Assembly: GCA_029247585.1 (NCBI GenBank)
Contig: JAQWKY010000080.1
Location: forward strand, 5,595-69,594
DNA from: Flavobacteriales bacterium
GTDB taxonomy: Bacteria > Bacteroidota > Bacteroidia > Flavobacteriales > UBA7430
Direction: 5' to 3'
DNA length: 64,000 bases
Part shown: piece after piece, positions 9,138 through 18,368 of the stretch
Position numbering within the stretch: position 1 is the first letter of the stretch
Layout: each line of letters starts with the position of its first letter
Notes under the pieces: generated by a model
Database searches by the model: none
What the model saw: the letters and a program-made list of their open reading frames with translations, nothing else
Told to the model about the DNA's origin: nothing
Made by a program: the position numbers and the translations under genes

Positions 9138-9683
9138 TTATTTCTTTAACTGACTAAGGGGTTTGAGATTCTCACTAGCAGTCAATTTCATTCCTAAAAC
9201 AGCTGAAGCACCATCTTTAATGTAGATCGACATCAAGGGTCTTTGGTAGGAGGATTCAATTTCGTAAATGGTATTATCTTTTTTCTGAGCAAGCCAAACC
9301 ATCTTCTCACCCATTTCCATTCCGTTGTCCGTACCGGTTGGGTATTGTCCCCAAACAGGAAGCATATTGAAATCATTAGCTTTCCATGTCAATGAGCCAG
9401 CACATTTGTAATTTCCTTGATTGTCCGTAAAAAAAACACCGACTAAATCACCCGTTTCAAGAGAATCTCCTTGAAAACCTAAAATCATACCCGAAGGCAG
9501 GGAATTTAATTGTTGCAATTCTTTGATGACAGGATGCCATATCGGCAAGACCAAAACGGAATGGTTTGGACCGGTTCGTTCAAATGAAAAATCAATAGCT
9601 TGCTGAGCGTAAACACCTGTATTTGAAGCAACAAAGAAGGTGAATGCGAAAAAAACTAAAAAAGGACAATAAATTCTTTTCAT
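9138..9683 (-). CDS. Small secreted protein (181 aa) carrying one divergent copy of the module found at the N-terminus of the giant protein.
   Basis: Track ORF. Signal peptide MKRIYCPFLVFFAFTFFVASNTGVYAQ. The segment ...GDLVGVFFTDNQGNYKCAGSLTW...LPVWGQYPTGTDNGMEMGEKMVW aligns by eye with the ...IGAF...G.C.G...WGDD..T..DG...GE pattern. The stop is 42 bp upstream of the giant ORF start on the same strand. Confidence 0.75.
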   Translation of the reverse strand: MKRIYCPFLVFFAFTFFVASNTGVYAQQAIDFSFERTGPNHSVLVLPIWHPVIKELQQLNSLPSGMILGFQGDSLETGDLVGVFFTDNQGNYKCAGSLTWKANDFNMLPVWGQYPTGTDNGMEMGEKMVWLAQKKDNTIYEIESSYQRPLMSIYIKDGASAVLGMKLTASENLKPLSQLKK

Positions 9684-9746
9684 GTTTGAGGGGTAAAAAT
9701 TAACGAAATACGTCGCTAATATAATGTTTTTATCACATTCTACACC

Positions 9747-9783
9747 TATATATACAATGTTAATTCATAACATTACATATATA
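9747..9783. promoter_or_regulatory. Imperfect inverted repeat (15-bp arms, 2 mismatches, 7-bp spacer) in a divergent intergenic region. Candidate operator.
   Basis: tatatatacaatgtt (9747-9761) against the reverse complement of aacattacatatata (9769-9783), which is tatatatgtaatgtt. It lies between the divergent genes 9138-9683(-) and 9882-11198(+). The context is AT-rich, so chance is not excluded. Confidence 0.25.
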
Positions 9784-9881
9784 CATTATTAATTTTATTA
9801 AATTCACCCTAAAATAGCGTAAAAAAAATAGCCTTGGAGTTTTGAAAAAAACAACTAGTTTAGCAAACGTAAAATGAAGAT

Positions 9882-11198
9882 TTGAAGAAAATTAAAAACA
9901 TCTTAATTGCATTAGCAAACCTAACATTTCTAGGCATAAATGCACAGAATGTTGAACTGACAAAATCCTTTGTAGGGAACAGTGAGAAATCTGAAATAAT
10001 AAGTTTCACTCCTCAAGATGAAATTTTACTCAGCGGAGACTTTTCGGGCTACATTAATTATTGGGATATTCCAAACGAAGCTTTAATCAGCTCAACTAAG
10101 GCGCATTTTGGAAAAATAAACCGTATCGAATTTTCCGAAAATGGGGAGCATTTTTTAACCTTTTCAACAGACGATAAACAGGTTAAAATTTGGAACTTTT
10201 CAGGGCAAGATACACTCGTCAATTTCTACATTAAAAACACGCCTCATTTTGCCATTTTTTACGACCAAAATTCGGCACTTATTGGAGATGAAAATGGAAC
10301 CATATACCACAAGGATTTTTACGAATCTGAAAACGACTCCATTATTTACAAAAACTCAACAAGAGTAATAGATGCCGTTTTCAATAAAATCAAAAATGAG
10401 CTCATAATTACTACAAAAAATAAGATCAAAATTATCGATCTAAACAACCAAAATAAAACGCGTTTTTCTATTGAAAATTCCTACTCGAGCAACTTCGTAA
10501 AAACACAGTATTATTCCCCCGAAATATTAATGACTTGGAGTCAAAATGGAATCGTCTCTTTTTGGGACATTAATAAGAAAAAAATGATACGAGAATTACG
10601 TGCAAAAAACAACTTTCACGAGCTCTCAATCAATCAATATAGTAAAGTTTTATTAACGGGCTACTACAAAGATAAAGCACTGTTATTTGACCTGCAAAAT
10701 ATCGACCTAGAGCAAGAGCTAGACGAAAACATACAACTCGTAAACACCTATCTAACAAACGATTACAACCGATTCATGATCAGTTCTAGTGAAGAAGGGA
10801 GACATCGCTTAATGCGCGTAAAAGGAGGAGATGCCATCAAGCCCCTATCTTTACAAAAAAGAACCATAGAAATTCAAAAAGTAATCACGGTTGAGTCAAA
10901 AATATTAAGGCTCGCTGTTTGGGATAACGAACGTGTTGACGGAGACAAAATATCTCTTAGCCTCAATGGGAAATGGATTATTCGCAACTATGAGATCATA
11001 AAGGACAAGCGACATTTTGAAATTGAACTTGTAAAAGGTCAAGTGAATCAACTGGTGTTTTTTGCCGAAAATTTAGGTAGAATTCCACCCAACACCTCTG
11101 CCATAAACATCCAATACGATGGCTACAACAAAACCCATATTATGCGCTCCAACATGGAGAAAAGTGGCTCCATCAACTTCTATCTAGAAGAAAAATAA
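9882..11198 (+). CDS. Secreted WD40-like repeat protein with an uncharacterised C-terminal ~120-aa module (TTG start).
   Basis: Track ORF. Signal-like N-terminus MKKIKNILIALANLTFLGINAQ. WD-like units include GYINYWDI and KQVKIWNF. The C-terminus reads RLAVWDNERVDGDKISLSLNGKWI...LVFFAENLGRIPPNTSAINIQYDG. The in-frame ATG at 9874 gives only MKI-stop, so the TTG start is assumed. Confidence 0.65.
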   Translation: MKKIKNILIALANLTFLGINAQNVELTKSFVGNSEKSEIISFTPQDEILLSGDFSGYINYWDIPNEALISSTKAHFGKINRIEFSENGEHFLTFSTDDKQVKIWNFSGQDTLVNFYIKNTPHFAIFYDQNSALIGDENGTIYHKDFYESENDSIIYKNSTRVIDAVFNKIKNELIITTKNKIKIIDLNNQNKTRFSIENSYSSNFVKTQYYSPEILMTWSQNGIVSFWDINKKKMIRELRAKNNFHELSINQYSKVLLTGYYKDKALLFDLQNIDLEQELDENIQLVNTYLTNDYNRFMISSSEEGRHRLMRVKGGDAIKPLSLQKRTIEIQKVITVESKILRLAVWDNERVDGDKISLSLNGKWIIRNYEIIKDKRHFEIELVKGQVNQLVFFAENLGRIPPNTSAINIQYDGYNKTHIMRSNMEKSGSINFYLEEK

Positions 11199-11216
11199 TA
11201 ATCGCATTCTAATAAG

Positions 11217-11224
11217 TATCTTTG
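11217..11224 (+). promoter_or_regulatory. Candidate Bacteroidota -7 promoter box (TAnnTTTG) for mnmA.
   Basis: TATCTTTG, 16 nt upstream of ATG 11241. Confidence 0.4.
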
Positions 11225-11240
11225 TCACAAATATTCTCAT

Positions 11241-12434
11241 ATGAAAAGAGTGGTCGTAGGCCTTTCTGGTGGCGTAGATTCTAGTGTAGCTGCCTACTTG
11301 CTTCAGCAGGAAGGGTATGAAGTTATTGGCTTGTTCATGAAGAACTGGCACGACACCTCTGTAACCATTTCCAAAGAATGTCCATGGGTGGAAGACAGTA
11401 ACGATGCCATGGCAGTAGCTGAAACACTGGGAATTCCTTACCAAACCATTGATTTGAGTGAAGACTACAAAGAACGTATTGTTGACTACATGTTTGCAGA
11501 ATATCAAAACGGTAGAACACCCAATCCAGACGTACTTTGCAATCGAGAAATCAAATTTGACATTTTCCTAAAAGCGGCCTTACAACTCAAAGCAGATTTT
11601 GTTGCGACAGGACACTACTGTCGAAAAGATAAATTTGAAAAAGAGGGAGAAACCATTTTCCAACTGAAAGCAGGACTTGATAAAAATAAGGACCAAAGTT
11701 ATTTTTTATGTCAATTAAATCAAGAACAACTCTCCAAAGCCCTCTTCCCTATTGGCCATTTAGAAAAATCTGAGGTACGAAAAATAGCTACTGAAGCAGG
11801 TTTAAGTACAGCAGAGAAGAAAGACTCTCAAGGTCTGTGTTTTATCGGTAAGGTGAAGCTTCCTGAATTTCTACAACAACAATTAAAACCCAAACAAGGG
11901 GCTATTATTGAAATTGAAAAAGAACATCCTCTTTTCAATAAAAACAAAGAATTCAGTAGAGAAAATACCTCACTCGAAGCGCTTCAAAATTTAAGTCAAG
12001 ATTATATTTACACACCCGATTCAGGGGAGAAAGTGGGTGAACACCAGGGTGCACACTATTTTACTATTGGGCAACGAAAAGGAATCAATGTGGGTGGAAA
12101 AGTGGAACCTCTGTTTGTGATCGATACAGACACCAAATCCAATACCATATATGTCGGACAAGGCACGAATCATCCCGGACTCTATCGACCGGGACTAAAA
12201 GTCGTTAATGAAGATGTTCATTGGCTTAGAAGCGACATCAAACTCAGTCTTGGTGAACAAATGGTTGTAAAAGCTCGTATACGTTACAGGCAAGCCCTAG
12301 AAAATGCCACGCTTCACCTGCATGAAGATGGGCTGTATATTCTTTTTGAGCAAGATCAGAGAGGCATCGCAGCCGGTCAATTTGTAGCTTGGTATTGTGA
12401 AGATGAATTGTTGGGCTCAGGAGTTATCTCTTGA
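11241..12434 (+). CDS. mnmA: tRNA 2-thiouridine(34) synthase MnmA.
   Basis: PP-loop [14 protein letters not shown]. Conserved [12 protein letters not shown] and KDQSYFL motifs. Length 397 aa. Confidence 0.93.
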   Translation: MKRVVVGLSGGVDSSVAAYLLQQEGYEVIGLFMKNWHDTSVTISKECPWVEDSNDAMAVAETLGIPYQTIDLSEDYKERIVDYMFAEYQNGRTPNPDVLCNREIKFDIFLKAALQLKADFVATGHYCRKDKFEKEGETIFQLKAGLDKNKDQSYFLCQLNQEQLSKALFPIGHLEKSEVRKIATEAGLSTAEKKDSQGLCFIGKVKLPEFLQQQLKPKQGAIIEIEKEHPLFNKNKEFSRENTSLEALQNLSQDYIYTPDSGEKVGEHQGAHYFTIGQRKGINVGGKVEPLFVIDTDTKSNTIYVGQGTNHPGLYRPGLKVVNEDVHWLRSDIKLSLGEQMVVKARIRYRQALENATLHLHEDGLYILFEQDQRGIAAGQFVAWYCEDELLGSGVIS

Positions 12435-12465
12435 TACTTTAACCCTACACGCTGTTATAAAAAAA

Positions 12466-12487
12466 GGCTTCATCAAATGATGAAGCC
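12466..12487. terminator. Bidirectional rho-independent terminator between convergent mnmA and htpG.
   Basis: Perfect 10-bp stem ggcttcatca/tgatgaagcc, flanked by an A-run upstream and a T-run downstream. Confidence 0.8.
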
Positions 12488-12511
12488 TTTTTTACGGTCG
12501 ACCAATACAGC

Positions 12512-14392
12512 TTATGCCAAATCGTTGTATCGATTTTTAATAAACTGCGTTAAATCTTCCCCCTTCAATAAACCTTGGGATAATTTGGCAAGGTCTGTAG
12601 CTTCCTTAAGCATTGATTTCTGAGTAGCAGCGTCTTTCTCCGAAAGAATTTTAGACACCAAAGGATGATTACCATTGACCACTAAGTTGTACATATCCGG
12701 CATGTTATTCATACCGAACATACCTCCGCCACCAGAAGCACTCATCTCATTCATACGACGCATAAATTCTGAACGTGTAATCGTTAAAGGAGAAGAACTA
12801 GGACTCAGACTTTCAAACTGAACGGTATATTGTTCTTTAGAAACAACACTTTCAATAGTCTCTTTAAGTATCTTCTCATCACCCTCAGAAAGAACAGAAG
12901 GAATATCCTCTCCCTTATTGATCAGCTTATCTATAGAGTCTGCATCTACGCGAACAAAAGAAACATTTTCTTTTTCGGTTTCTAACTTTTGTATCAGATG
13001 ACTTATGATTGGACCATCCAACACCAACACATCATATGACTTTTCTTTAGCTTCAGCAATATAACTGTGCTGAGCCTCTTTATCATTCGTGTAGAGAACA
13101 ACCGTTTTACCGTCTTTGTCTACCTGATTTACTTTAATTTTATCTAGATACTCATCCCAAGTAGCATAAGCATCATCAACGTTTTTGTAAAGTGCAAACT
13201 TCTCAGCCTTTTCAAAGAATTTCTTTTCCGAGAGCATTCCGTATTCAACGATGACTTTCATATCTTCCCACTTCTCCTCAAAAGCCTTTCGATCGGACTT
13301 AAACATTTCATTTAATTTATCCGCAACTTTTTTGGTGATGTGTGAAGAGATCTTCTTCACATTCCCATCCGATTGCAAATACGAACGAGACACATTCAAT
13401 GGAATGTCTGGAGAATCAATAACCCCTTGTAACATAGTTAAGAATTCAGGTACAATTCCTTCTACGGAGTCCGTTACAAAAACTTGATTGCAGTACAATT
13501 GGATACGATTCTTGTTCATATCCATATTCTGTTTTAACTTAGGGAAGTATAAGATCCCGGTTAAGTTGAATGGGTAATCTACATTCAAATGAATGTGGAA
13601 GAGAGGCTCCTCGAAGTTCATTGGATACAGCTCTCTGTGGAACGCTTTGTAATTTTCATCCTCAAGAGATGATGGAGACTTCGTCCAAGCAGGGCTTGGG
13701 TTGTTAATGATGTTATCTACCGTCTCCTTAATCTCTTTGGCATCATCGCCTTCGCCTTCCTTATGCGTTACTTCTTTCGTACCAAACTTGATGGCTACAG
13801 GAAGAAATTTACAATACTTATTAAAGAGCTCAGAGATCTTAGATTCTTCCAAAAACTCAACAGAATCCTCTGCGATGTACAGTATGATATCCGTACCTCT
13901 ACCCTCTTTTTCTGTCTCATTTAATTTAAATTGTGGTGAGCCATCACACTCCCACTTCACCGCAGGCTCATCTTGATAAGACTTGGTTCGAATTTCCACA
14001 TTTTCAGCAACCATAAAAGCAGAATAGAAGCCCAATCCAAAATGACCTATAATGCCCGCATCCTCAACTTTGTCATCGTACTTCTTTACAAATTCTTCTG
14101 CCCCTGAAAAAGCAACCTGGTTGATGTATTTCTTCACCTCTTCAGAGGTCATACCAATACCGTTGTCAGAAATCGTGATGGTTTTTGCTTCTTTATCAAC
14201 CTTTACTTCAACCAAGGGTGAGCCTACATCCCCTTTGATTTCGCCCATAGAAGACAAAGCTTTCAACTTTGAGGTTGCATCAACAGCGTTCGATACCAAT
14301 TCTCTTAGGAAGATCTCGTGATCTGAGTACAAAAACTTTTTAATGATTGGAAATATATTTTCCGTGGTCACTTTAATTTTTCCAGTAGCCAT
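12512..14392 (-). CDS. htpG: Molecular chaperone HtpG (Hsp90).
   Basis: GHKL ATPase motifs ELVSNAVDA, DNGIGM and GHFGLGFYS. Length 626 aa. Confidence 0.95.
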   Translation of the reverse strand: MATGKIKVTTENIFPIIKKFLYSDHEIFLRELVSNAVDATSKLKALSSMGEIKGDVGSPLVEVKVDKEAKTITISDNGIGMTSEEVKKYINQVAFSGAEEFVKKYDDKVEDAGIIGHFGLGFYSAFMVAENVEIRTKSYQDEPAVKWECDGSPQFKLNETEKEGRGTDIILYIAEDSVEFLEESKISELFNKYCKFLPVAIKFGTKEVTHKEGEGDDAKEIKETVDNIINNPSPAWTKSPSSLEDENYKAFHRELYPMNFEEPLFHIHLNVDYPFNLTGILYFPKLKQNMDMNKNRIQLYCNQVFVTDSVEGIVPEFLTMLQGVIDSPDIPLNVSRSYLQSDGNVKKISSHITKKVADKLNEMFKSDRKAFEEKWEDMKVIVEYGMLSEKKFFEKAEKFALYKNVDDAYATWDEYLDKIKVNQVDKDGKTVVLYTNDKEAQHSYIAEAKEKSYDVLVLDGPIISHLIQKLETEKENVSFVRVDADSIDKLINKGEDIPSVLSEGDEKILKETIESVVSKEQYTVQFESLSPSSSPLTITRSEFMRRMNEMSASGGGGMFGMNNMPDMYNLVVNGNHPLVSKILSEKDAATQKSMLKEATDLAKLSQGLLKGEDLTQFIKNRYNDLA

Positions 14393-14582
14393 AAGCCTTA
14401 AAATTTTAAATTTATTTGTCTACCCAATAGTCAATTCTTGTGCCAAGCTCATGAGCCTGTCATATTGTCGTGAAAATGTCAGAAATGCTCTTATCGACTG
14501 CAGATCAAGAGCTTAAAAATAGCCTTACTCACACGATTTGACAAGGCGATAAAGATCAAGAAAATCAAAAAGGCTGAACATG

Positions 14583-14590
14583 TATTTTTG
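14583..14590 (+). promoter_or_regulatory. Candidate -7 box (TAnnTTTG) upstream of the OsmC-family gene.
   Basis: TATTTTTG, 36 nt upstream of ATG 14627. Confidence 0.35.
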
Positions 14591-14626
14591 TACATTTACA
14601 AACACATTTAAAATAAACTACAAGCT

Positions 14627-15028
14627 ATGACATCAACGGTAACCTATCGAGGCGGACTAAGAACGGAAGCCACACACCTTCGCTCAGGAAACACCATCAT
14701 CACAGATGCACCCATTGACAACAAAGGAAAGGGAGAGGCCTTTTCACCTACCGATTTGGTTGCAACAGCAATTGCATCATGCATGCTTACCATCATGGGC
14801 ATTAAGGCAGATGAAATGGAAGTAAATATCGAAGGAACTACGGCGGATGTAGAAAAAATCATGGGAACCGAGCCGAGAAGAATCACTCAGGTCAACATAC
14901 ACATCAATGTACCGATGACGGCAGATGAGAAAACCAAAAAAATCCTTGAAAGAGCAGCTTTGACATGCCCAGTAGACCAATCCGTGTCGGAAAGGATGAT
15001 CAGAGATGTGAAATTTACTTGGGCGTAA
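14627..15028 (+). CDS. OsmC/Ohr-family peroxiredoxin-like protein.
   Basis: 133 aa. Has FSPTDLVATAIASCM and ALTCPV, the two-Cys pattern typical of the OsmC family. Confidence 0.8.
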   Translation: MTSTVTYRGGLRTEATHLRSGNTIITDAPIDNKGKGEAFSPTDLVATAIASCMLTIMGIKADEMEVNIEGTTADVEKIMGTEPRRITQVNIHINVPMTADEKTKKILERAALTCPVDQSVSERMIRDVKFTWA

Positions 15029-15038
15029 AATAACTCCC

Positions 15039-15944
15039 TTAAGCGACAGGCTTATAGAATCGTCTCCATATTCTTAATCCGAATCCAAGGGTCAAAATCC
15101 ACGCAAACAACTCAATCCAATTGGGGTTGGAATTGTATCCAAAAAAGCCCTTCAAGAAAACGCCTACAAGACCTTTATCATGAAGTAGATGTATGTACTT
15201 GCCCTTACTCTCATTATAGCTGTAAAAAAGCTCTGAAGCACCCGCTTCTAACTCTGCTTGAGGTACTAAGATGTTCCAGGGTCTAGCAATCTCAGATTTT
15301 GACTCGAGACCGAAGAATTCCAAGTGCCCCCCTTTCACTACAAACGACTCCATTTCATGGGTCCCATAGGCAACCATCCCAGCAGCAAAGAGCACCAAGA
15401 AAAAAGACGTTACACTGAAGAAAGGGCGCAAATTAATTCGCCTTCCCTGAACCACAATCAGATAACCTATCAGGCATGCCAATACAATCCCTGAGAAAAA
15501 CCCAACGTAGGAAAAACTGGTTTGTAAACTTGAACCAAATAAGAACATCACGGTTTCAAACCCTTCGCGTAAAATGGCAAAAAATACCAAGATAAAAATA
15601 CTCCACTTACTGCTGCTTTTGGCCGCTTCTGAAGCCAATTTCTCAACCGCATCTTTTGAAGCCATAGATTTCGACAACCAGAAAACCACATACAGTAAAA
15701 ACCCAGCAGTGATAAACATGAATATTGATTCTGCCAATTTGGCCATGGATTCATTTTCAATACTGCTGTTGACATAGTCTAATCCGAAGGCAACACCAAC
15801 ACTCGCAACCAAGGCTGCAACTACAGCATACCACATGCGTCTGATTTGCGCCGTAAGATTGGACTTTGACAAAAAGGTGTAAATAATACCGACAATTAAA
15901 GCGGCTTCTAAACACTCTCGAAAAGCAATAATAAACTGATTCAT
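15039..15944 (-). CDS. FTR1/EfeU-family high-affinity iron permease.
   Basis: Polytopic membrane protein with two REXXE motifs (AFRECLEAA and ILREGFETV), the signature of Ftr1/EfeU. Confidence 0.85.
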   Translation of the reverse strand: MNQFIIAFRECLEAALIVGIIYTFLSKSNLTAQIRRMWYAVVAALVASVGVAFGLDYVNSSIENESMAKLAESIFMFITAGFLLYVVFWLSKSMASKDAVEKLASEAAKSSSKWSIFILVFFAILREGFETVMFLFGSSLQTSFSYVGFFSGIVLACLIGYLIVVQGRRINLRPFFSVTSFFLVLFAAGMVAYGTHEMESFVVKGGHLEFFGLESKSEIARPWNILVPQAELEAGASELFYSYNESKGKYIHLLHDKGLVGVFLKGFFGYNSNPNWIELFAWILTLGFGLRIWRRFYKPVA

Positions 15945-15946
15945 AG

Positions 15947-18367
15947 CTATAGTTTCACCTGTAAACTTAAATAATAATTTCTTTGGTCAGAAGGAATGAT
16001 CCCCGGCCCCGGATAACCCGTTGCACGTCGTGTAAAATAGGACTCATTTAATAAGTTGTTGACCCCTGCCTCTACGGTAAACTTTCCTTTCTCATATTTC
16101 GTAGAAAGGTCGACCACGGAGTAGGACGGAATTTCACCAAACAATGCATTAGCTGTTGGCTTAAGGGTATTTTCAGCATCGGAAAACTGACTACTGGTAT
16201 GCGAATACAAAACGGAGCCCGTTAAAGCTTTGTATTGGTACTGAACACCACATTTCACATTCAAATCTGGATTCAATTCTACTTGATTCCCTTCAATAGT
16301 TTTTTCTTTACTGCTAACATAAGTCCCGTTTTGGAAAGAAGTATTCAGAAATACATTTAACTTTTGATTTTCAACACTAGAGAAGGTACTCAAAACATCC
16401 CAACCAACATAAGACTCAAGTCCTAGGGTTTTGGAATCACCAATATTCGTACTTAATCGATAGGATTTGTATACTAAATCAGGTCTCGGTGCCGTATCGA
16501 CATTGTAGTATTTTTGGACGTACCCGATTCGATTCGAATAATTCAAATAAAAGAGACTGAAATCAAATTCCACAGCATCCCAAACGCGACCTCGTAAACC
16601 CAAATCGATGTTAAAACCTTTTTCATCTTCTAAATTAGGATCAATGACGATATTGGAATTGATGACTTGCATGTCATTAAAATTAATCGCCCTATAATTC
16701 TGTGAGAAATTCCCATAGAGTTCACCTCCCGTAAAACACTTGTAACTTGCTCCTAAACCAACTAAGAAAACCTCACGATCTAACTTCTTAGTATCAGGCG
16801 TCTGAGAAACCGAATCATTCACGTAAGCATGGAAATAGCCTTGCGACTCGGTCACAATTCGATCGTATCGGAATCCAGGTGTCAAGGAAAGACAATCATT
16901 AACGCGAATTAAATTTTCTACAAAAAAGGCCGTATTGAAACTCGGGAATTCAAAATAAGAACCGTAGCTCTTAAATTTATCTTCAAAAGAAAAATGGGAA
17001 GCGGAACCGGAATCTGCAGTTCCTTGTTCCTTCACCGTAGAACCTTTATAAGTTCGCAAACCCAAAAGCAAGGCAGATTCTGCTTCACCGATCAGGTAAC
17101 GATGTACCAACCGAGTTTCGTTACCGTAATTTTCAAAACGGGCAAGAAGTAAATCACGTTTTTGATTAAGATCCTCCCAGTCAATTCTATCTAGGACTCC
17201 CAAGGCATCTCTGTTCGCCCACAAACCAAAGGTTCTAGAATTCAAAACCGTCCTACTGTTGAATTTATAATCTAAGGTGAAAGCGGCAATATTCCAATCC
17301 ACCTGAAACCAGTTTCTCGATCGAAAAGATTTCTTAGGATCCGTTTCGAAAGTAACATCATCAAGGCCTCCCGGCTGCTGAGCCAAGTAATCCATATGCG
17401 TATACTCCAGACCCAATTTTAACTTTGAACTCGCCTGATATTGCGCCGATAGAAAAGCCGTTTTCGCTTCCGTATTTGAATTCGGTCGCCAACCTTCTCT
17501 GCTTTTCTTTTGATAGAAACTGTAGTACGTCCACTTTCCTTTAGAGCCGCCCAAGCTAACAAATGTATTGTGTAATCCATAAGAACCTACAGATTGCCGG
17601 GCAATGACCTCTAAAGGCTTGTCAGCCCCTGTTTTGAGAACAAAGTTTAATAAGCCCCCAAACTGTGTTCCGTACTGTAAGGAAGCGGCCCCTCTTACGA
17701 TTTCAATTTTTTGGATCGCTTCAGAAGGCGGCGTGTAATAAGATTCGGGGTAACCCAAAGCATCAGCACTGATATCGTAACCGTTCTGACGGGTGTTGAA
17801 ATTAGAGGTTCGATGAGGACTCAATCCGCGAGCCCCAATCTCCAACTGCAAGCCCAAGCCATCGCTCTCCCAGATATTCAAACCGGGAACTTTGGAATAC
17901 ACCTGACGCGAATTATTGGTGGCCTTATTCGCCATGGAATGATCCACGAGAATGACTTCGTTCTTCTTACCCGCATATATAGCCGTACCCTCTACAGAAC
18001 GTAATCTTGTAATATTGGTTTGACGGGTGTAATCTTCTCTAAGATCTACCTGAGCAAGTTCGGTAACATCAGCCTCCATGGCAATGTCCATATGGAGTAC
18101 TTTTCTTTTTAAAGAAATCTCACTAAAGAATTTTTTGTACCCGATAAAGGAAACAGCAACTTGATAAGTCCCCTCATCCAAGACTGAAATCTCGAATCGT
18201 CCGTCGCGATCACTGATCACAGCACTGTCATCATTGAGCTGAACATGGGCATAAGCAATAGGCTCTGAAGTAGATGCGTCAGCAACCAATCCTTTTAAGA
18301 TATGTTGAGCATCAACTGCACAAGCAGTCCACAAAAACACAATACATAAGAGCCTTAATCTGGGCAT
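15947..18367 (-). CDS. TonB-dependent outer-membrane receptor with a CarboxypepD_reg-like N-terminal domain.
   Basis: Signal peptide. GLVADASTSEPIAYAHVQL...DRDGRFEI (carboxypeptidase-regulatory-like fold). Plug region (VEGTAIYAGKK, RGAASLQYG) and a C-terminal beta-barrel. Length 806 aa. Confidence 0.9.
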   Translation of the reverse strand: MPRLRLLCIVFLWTACAVDAQHILKGLVADASTSEPIAYAHVQLNDDSAVISDRDGRFEISVLDEGTYQVAVSFIGYKKFFSEISLKRKVLHMDIAMEADVTELAQVDLREDYTRQTNITRLRSVEGTAIYAGKKNEVILVDHSMANKATNNSRQVYSKVPGLNIWESDGLGLQLEIGARGLSPHRTSNFNTRQNGYDISADALGYPESYYTPPSEAIQKIEIVRGAASLQYGTQFGGLLNFVLKTGADKPLEVIARQSVGSYGLHNTFVSLGGSKGKWTYYSFYQKKSREGWRPNSNTEAKTAFLSAQYQASSKLKLGLEYTHMDYLAQQPGGLDDVTFETDPKKSFRSRNWFQVDWNIAAFTLDYKFNSRTVLNSRTFGLWANRDALGVLDRIDWEDLNQKRDLLLARFENYGNETRLVHRYLIGEAESALLLGLRTYKGSTVKEQGTADSGSASHFSFEDKFKSYGSYFEFPSFNTAFFVENLIRVNDCLSLTPGFRYDRIVTESQGYFHAYVNDSVSQTPDTKKLDREVFLVGLGASYKCFTGGELYGNFSQNYRAINFNDMQVINSNIVIDPNLEDEKGFNIDLGLRGRVWDAVEFDFSLFYLNYSNRIGYVQKYYNVDTAPRPDLVYKSYRLSTNIGDSKTLGLESYVGWDVLSTFSSVENQKLNVFLNTSFQNGTYVSSKEKTIEGNQVELNPDLNVKCGVQYQYKALTGSVLYSHTSSQFSDAENTLKPTANALFGEIPSYSVVDLSTKYEKGKFTVEAGVNNLLNESYFTRRATGYPGPGIIPSDQRNYYLSLQVKL

Positions 18368-18368
18368 A

